Position numbers and translations under genes: made by a program. Shown here one piece after another: positions 41,810 to 64,000 of a stretch of DNA of 64,000 nt; positions within the stretch are counted from its first letter, which is position 1, and every line of letters begins with the position of its first letter. The DNA lies in assembly GCA_963716255.1 (NCBI GenBank), contig OY970303.1, positions 6,464,001 through 6,528,000 on the forward strand, given 5' to 3'. The notes under the pieces were generated by a model. The model was given only the letters and a program-made list of their open reading frames with translations, searched no databases and was not told the DNA's origin. The stretch comes from an uncultured Gemmatimonadales bacterium. Its GTDB lineage: Bacteria > Gemmatimonadota > Gemmatimonadetes > Longimicrobiales > Longimicrobiaceae.

Positions 41810-41941
41810 AGTTTACGTTTCCGGAGAAAAGCGGCAACCGTAACGTAAGCCGTTTCTGCACTATCTTTTACTGCGCTACGGGACCCGCTTCGTCGCAGGC
41901 TCGTTCCCAAATGGGAACTGGATCGGATCCCGTCCGGGAAC
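41810..41941 (-). promoter_or_regulatory. Promoter (TTGCCG-16-TAAACT) plus two upstream (T)TCCC-N4-GGGAAC palindromes, copy B
   Basis: Same motifs at an exact 840-bp offset in copy A. Confidence 0.7.
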
Positions 41942-42019
41942 AACCGAGGGTGCTTTCACACCACGTACGTGATGCTGCTGGGAGCTCCGATCGTGTGGAG
42001 CCCCCGGGCTGCTCGGTTC

Positions 42020-42526
42020 CTAGAAGGTGGTGTAGGTCGCGGTGAAGGTCACCGTGCCCGTGTAGTTGCCGGCCGGGGCGGTGGTGGTCGCCGCCGCCGC
42101 GATGCTGCCGCCCACGTACAGCCAGTGGTCCGTGCGGGCGTTGCCGGAGAGGGCCGTGGTGTAGCCCGCCGCGCAGGTGCCGGCGAAGGCCGTCGGCGTG
42201 GTGGCGGTGCCGGTGGTCGCCTGGGCGCAGCTGTAGGTGACGGCGAGGCTGCCGCCGCCGGCGCGGTTGAGCGCGGTGCCGGCGACCGTCACGGTGGTCG
42301 GCGTGTTGTACGACACCATGATCTTGCCGCCGTTGGCCGCGGTCACGGCGGCCCCGGTCCCGGGCGTGATCGGCGCGCCGAAGTCCAGGTTGGTCGGGTT
42401 GCTGAAGGTGACGGCCGACTGGACCTTGGCGAGGGCGTTGATGGTCGCGGTCTGCGTCTGGGCGCTGGCCACCGCCGGAACGACGAGGCAGGCTGCGGCG
42501 GCGATGAAAAGCGCGCTCTTCTTCAT
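42020..42526 (-). CDS. DUF4402-like major pilus subunit, copy A (168 aa)
   Basis: Mature sequence differs from copy B at only two residues. Confidence 0.8.
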   Translation of the reverse strand: MKKSALFIAAAACLVVPAVASAQTQTATINALAKVQSAVTFSNPTNLDFGAPITPGTGAAVTAANGGKIMVSYNTPTTVTVAGTALNRAGGGSLAVTYSCAQATTGTATTPTAFAGTCAAGYTTALSGNARTDHWLYVGGSIAAAATTTAPAGNYTGTVTFTATYTTF

Positions 42527-42649
42527 GGTGGTGCTCTCCTGGGAGAGGGGCGGGTGGAACTGCTGCGACTTCGACTGGCACTGGACCTTCAGCGGAGGTC
42601 CGCGTACCGACTAGCGGCCTCAGTTCCAGGCGCCGTTCGGTGTCGAGAT

Positions 42650-42781
42650 AGTTTACGTTTTTCGGGAGGGGGGGCAACCAAAAGATAAGGCGTTGCCGCG
42701 CAGCGTGTTGCGGGGGGTGTTGGCGGGACTCGGGAAGGGCGTGTTCCCGAACGGGAACGTGTTTCGGTCCCAAATGGGAAC
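42650..42781 (-). promoter_or_regulatory. Promoter (TTGCCC-16-TAAACT) plus two upstream (T)TCCC-N4-GGGAAC palindromes, copy A
   Basis: Palindromes at 42743 and 42766. Confidence 0.7.
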
Positions 42782-42825
42782 GAAAACGCCGGGCGAGAGG
42801 GCTCGCCCGGCGTTTCCTGCGCGGC

Positions 42826-43959
42826 TCACCGCATGGCTGCGACGACGCGCTCGTTCTCCTCGACCGTGTTGTAGAAGTGGGGGGAGATGCGCACGTACTC
42901 GCCGCGCCTGTCCACGATGATCCCCTTTTCCGCGAGCACCGCGACGGACGCGGCGGAGTCGGGGACGCGCACGGTCACGATCCCCGAGCGCCGGTCCCGC
43001 CGCTCCGCCACCCGCGGCGGGAGCCCGGCGTCCTGCAGTCGCTCCAGCAGGTCCTCGGTGAGGCCGTCGATGCGCTCGCGGATGCGCTCCATCCCCACCT
43101 CCAGGATGATCTCCATCCCCCCCAGAGCCGTGTACACGGTGGGGACGGCGGGGGTGCCCAGGGAAAAGCGGCCGGCGTCGTCCCGGGGACGGTACTCGTC
43201 GGTGCGGAACGAGAACTGGTCCTCGGCGCCGAACCAGGACACCATGGTCGGCACCAGCTCGGGGATGCGCTCCTCGCGCACCCACAGGAAGGCGAGCCCC
43301 GGCCCGCCCAGCAGCCACTTGAGAGGTCCCGCCACGTACACGTCCGCCCCGCTGGCCCGCGGGTCCACCGGAATCTGCCCCACGGCCTGGTAGCCGTCCA
43401 CCAGGAAAAGGGCCCCCGCGTCGTGGGCGATCCGCGCGATGGGCTCCAGCTCCTGCACGTACCCGGTGCCGTAGAACACGTGGCTGGTCGCGACGACGGC
43501 GGTGCGCTCGTCCACGTACTCGGCCCAGCGCTCCGGCGACACGCCGATGCCGTCGTCGCTGGGGACCACGACCACCTCCACGCCCGGCCTGGCGAGCCAC
43601 TGGTAGACCAGGGTGGGGAAATCCAGCTCGGCCACCACCACCCGGTTGCGCTTTCCGTGGTCCAGCGCGGAAGCGATGGACGAGAGCGCGGCGGAGACGC
43701 TGGGCGAGAAGGCGACCTCGGACTCGCGGGCGTTCCAGAACTCGGCCACGCGGCCGCGCAGGTCGGCGATGCGCCCCATCCACAGCTCGTACCAGGCGGA
43801 GGCACCCATGGTGTTCCAGAGCGCCTGGTACTCCCCCAGGTACCCCATCGACCGCCGCGAGAGCGCGCCCAGCGAGCAGGAGTTGAGGTAGGTGCGCGTC
43901 TGGAGGATGGGGAACTCGGTGCGCCAGCGCTCCAGCTCGGGATGCGGGACTGCGCTCAT
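42826..43959 (-). CDS. Aminotransferase class V PLP enzyme (kynureninase/cysteine desulfurase-like)
   Basis: YLNSCSLG, LDFPT, VDGYQAVG, GPLKWLLGGPG, RISPHFYNT. Confidence 0.88.
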   Translation of the reverse strand: MSAVPHPELERWRTEFPILQTRTYLNSCSLGALSRRSMGYLGEYQALWNTMGASAWYELWMGRIADLRGRVAEFWNARESEVAFSPSVSAALSSIASALDHGKRNRVVVAELDFPTLVYQWLARPGVEVVVVPSDDGIGVSPERWAEYVDERTAVVATSHVFYGTGYVQELEPIARIAHDAGALFLVDGYQAVGQIPVDPRASGADVYVAGPLKWLLGGPGLAFLWVREERIPELVPTMVSWFGAEDQFSFRTDEYRPRDDAGRFSLGTPAVPTVYTALGGMEIILEVGMERIRERIDGLTEDLLERLQDAGLPPRVAERRDRRSGIVTVRVPDSAASVAVLAEKGIIVDRRGEYVRISPHFYNTVEENERVVAAMR

Positions 43960-44339
43960 CGGGCGCTCTCCGGTTCAAGGTGCGGGGTGCCGTGCGCGTT
44001 CAGGGTGTCCAGCGTGTCCACGGCGCGGCGCAGGTGAGGGATGACGATGGAGCCGCCGACCACCAGCCCCACGGAAAAGGTTTCGAAGAACTCGTCGTCG
44101 GTCACTCCCTCCTCCTTGCAGCGGACCATGTGGTAGGTGACGCAGTCGTCGCAGCGGAGGACCATGGAGGCCACCAGCCCCAGCAGCTCCTTGGTCTTGC
44201 CGTCCAGGGCGCCGGGTTCGTAGGTGCGGGTGTCGAGCGCGAAGAACCGCTTGATCTCCAGGTTCCCGGCTTCCAGGATGCGCCCGTTCATGCGCTCCCG
44301 GAACCGGCGGAACTCCTCCAGCTTGCTTTCGTCGGCCAT
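43956..44339 (-). CDS. Carboxymuconolactone decarboxylase/AhpD-like protein
   Basis: GALDGKTKELLGLVASMVLRCDDCVTYH; AGGAG RBS. Confidence 0.88.
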   Translation of the reverse strand: MADESKLEEFRRFRERMNGRILEAGNLEIKRFFALDTRTYEPGALDGKTKELLGLVASMVLRCDDCVTYHMVRCKEEGVTDDEFFETFSVGLVVGGSIVIPHLRRAVDTLDTLNAHGTPHLEPESAR

Positions 44340-44434
44340 CTCCGCTCCTGGCAGGTGTGAAGCCCGAAATAGACTCACCCGCGAGGAACCCGTCAAGCGC
44401 GGCACGGGCCCCGGCGGGCGGGGTACCAGGCCGC

Positions 44435-45607
44435 ATGCGGACCGCCACCCACTCCCCCGCCGGGCTTGCCGCCCGGATCCGCGCGCGCGCCCTGGAGATG
44501 GGGTTCGACGACGTGGGTGTCGCGCCGGTGGGCCCCAGCGCGCACGGGGACGTGTACGAGCGCTGGCTGGCCGCGGGGATGCACGGGGAGATGGGCTACC
44601 TGGCGCGCGAGGACGCGGTCGCGAAGCGCAGAGACCCGGCGCTCCTGGTGCCCGGGGCGAGGTCGGCGGTGGTCGTGGCGCTGAACTACCATCCCCCGGA
44701 GGAGGCGCCGTCGTCGGCCGACCCGTCGCGCGCCGTGTTCGCACGCTATGCGCGGGGCGAAGACTACCACGAGATGATGAAGGAGCGCCTGATCGCGCTC
44801 CAGGAGTGGATCGCCGGGGAACTGGTGCCGGTGAGCGGGCGGGCCTACGTGGACACGGGGGCGGTGCTGGAACGGGAGCTGGCCCAGCGGGCGGGGCTGG
44901 GGTGGGCGGGGCGGAACACCATGCTGATCCGGCCGGGCCGGGGGTCGTACTGCTTCCTGGGAGTGGTGCTGCTGGACGTGGAGCTGGAAGCGGACGCGCC
45001 CTTCACCGCGGACCGCTGCGGACGGTGCTCGCGGTGTGTGGAGGCGTGCCCGACGGGGGCGCTGCTGGGGCGCGGTGTGGACGGCGCTCCGCTGATGGAT
45101 GCGCGGCGGTGCATCTCGTACCTGACCATCGAGCAGCGTGGGCCGATCCCGCGGGAGCTGCGGCCGCTGATCGGCAACCGGGTCTACGGGTGCGACATCT
45201 GCCAGGAGGTGTGCCCGTGGAACTCGTTTGCGGAGCCTACGGGCGAGGTGGCGTTCCTGCCACGTGCCGGGGTGGATGGCGCTTCCCTGGTCGAGCTGAT
45301 GGGGATGACGCAGGAGGAGTTCTCGCGACGCTTCAAGGGCTCGCCGGTGAAGCGGACCAAGCGGCGGGGGCTGCTGCGGAACGTGGCGGTCGCGCTGGGC
45401 AACTGGGGCTCGCCCGAGGCGGTACCCGTGCTGGCGGAGTCGCTCTCCGACGCTGAGCCGCTGGTGCGCGGGCACGCGGCGTGGGCGCTTGGGCGGATCG
45501 GGACGGAGGGAGCAATGCAGGCGTTGCTGGGCAGGGCGGAGGTGGAGGAGGACGCGTGGGTGCGGGAGGAGATCGAGACGGCGCTCGAGCAGGCGGGCCT
45601 CGCCTGA
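44435..45607 (+). CDS. queG: Epoxyqueuosine reductase
   Basis: YARGEDYH, YVDTGAVLER, CGRCSRCVEACPTGA, CISYLTIE, GCDICQEVCPWN, HEAT-like tail. Confidence 0.94.
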   Translation: MRTATHSPAGLAARIRARALEMGFDDVGVAPVGPSAHGDVYERWLAAGMHGEMGYLAREDAVAKRRDPALLVPGARSAVVVALNYHPPEEAPSSADPSRAVFARYARGEDYHEMMKERLIALQEWIAGELVPVSGRAYVDTGAVLERELAQRAGLGWAGRNTMLIRPGRGSYCFLGVVLLDVELEADAPFTADRCGRCSRCVEACPTGALLGRGVDGAPLMDARRCISYLTIEQRGPIPRELRPLIGNRVYGCDICQEVCPWNSFAEPTGEVAFLPRAGVDGASLVELMGMTQEEFSRRFKGSPVKRTKRRGLLRNVAVALGNWGSPEAVPVLAESLSDAEPLVRGHAAWALGRIGTEGAMQALLGRAEVEEDAWVREEIETALEQAGLA

Positions 45608-45991
45608 ATCCGTACCGGGGCAGGCTGGTCCCCGGACCCGTTCCGCAGCACGTGTCAGGAGCCTGCAAGCGAGTCCCCGTCGAATCCGTCCGGCGGGGGC
45701 TCGCTCGCATCCCGTCGATCATGCCCCGCCCACCAGGGGCCCCGCGTGCGGATGGCTCCCTCAGCCGCTCCCGTCCGCAGCCACGTTCGGTTGACGCGGA
45801 ACGGATGGCGCCCTAGGTTGGGCGGGAAATATACGGAACCGATGCGTATACGACGGGTGTCCTGATCGCAGCTGCGCGGCGCGTGGCGGCCCGGGTCGTC
45901 TCGTCCGCGTGTCACGCATCCTCCCGCCCGTGGTTCCTTCCCTGGACCCGCCCCCGAACCCCCCACCGAACCCTCCACCCCACCTCCTCCG

Positions 45992-64000
<18,009 letters not shown>

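Overview
High-GC bacterial chromosomal segment; gene style and content suggest Gemmatimonadota (Longimicrobium-like), which is an inference. Left to right: an ArsR + three SRPBCC operon (minus); a lower-GC pair of lipoprotein genes, the first split by a frameshift; an ADP-forming acyl-CoA synthetase; a small membrane ORF and a triple-hairpin non-coding array; a PilS/PilR-like two-component pair; a type IV pilus locus (two FimT-like, PilV/W/X-like, pilMNOPQ) followed by a large Ig/beta-propeller lipoprotein, aroC, aroK; topA-trmFO-xerC-hslV-hslU; purE/purK; a MazG-like gene; a sigma54-type regulator with degenerate GAFTGA and Walker B motifs; a chaperone-usher-like DUF4402-type pilus cluster with a duplicated major subunit and a conserved promoter/operator/leader architecture; class V aminotransferase, CMD/AhpD protein, queG; and a giant NRPS (45992 to beyond 64000, missing from the ORF track) with A(NMT)-T-[C-A-T]x4-C-A. 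Most notable: a hairpin module GAGC-stem-AAACWRCC-stem-TCTC found both as a tandem triplet and inside a three-copy Flavo-1-like 3' element; the DUF4402 pilus and its regulatory cassette; a Lys2-like (alpha-aminoadipate-type) A domain and an Asp235Asn A domain in the NRPS; and REP/octamer repeats translated in frame inside the NRPS.
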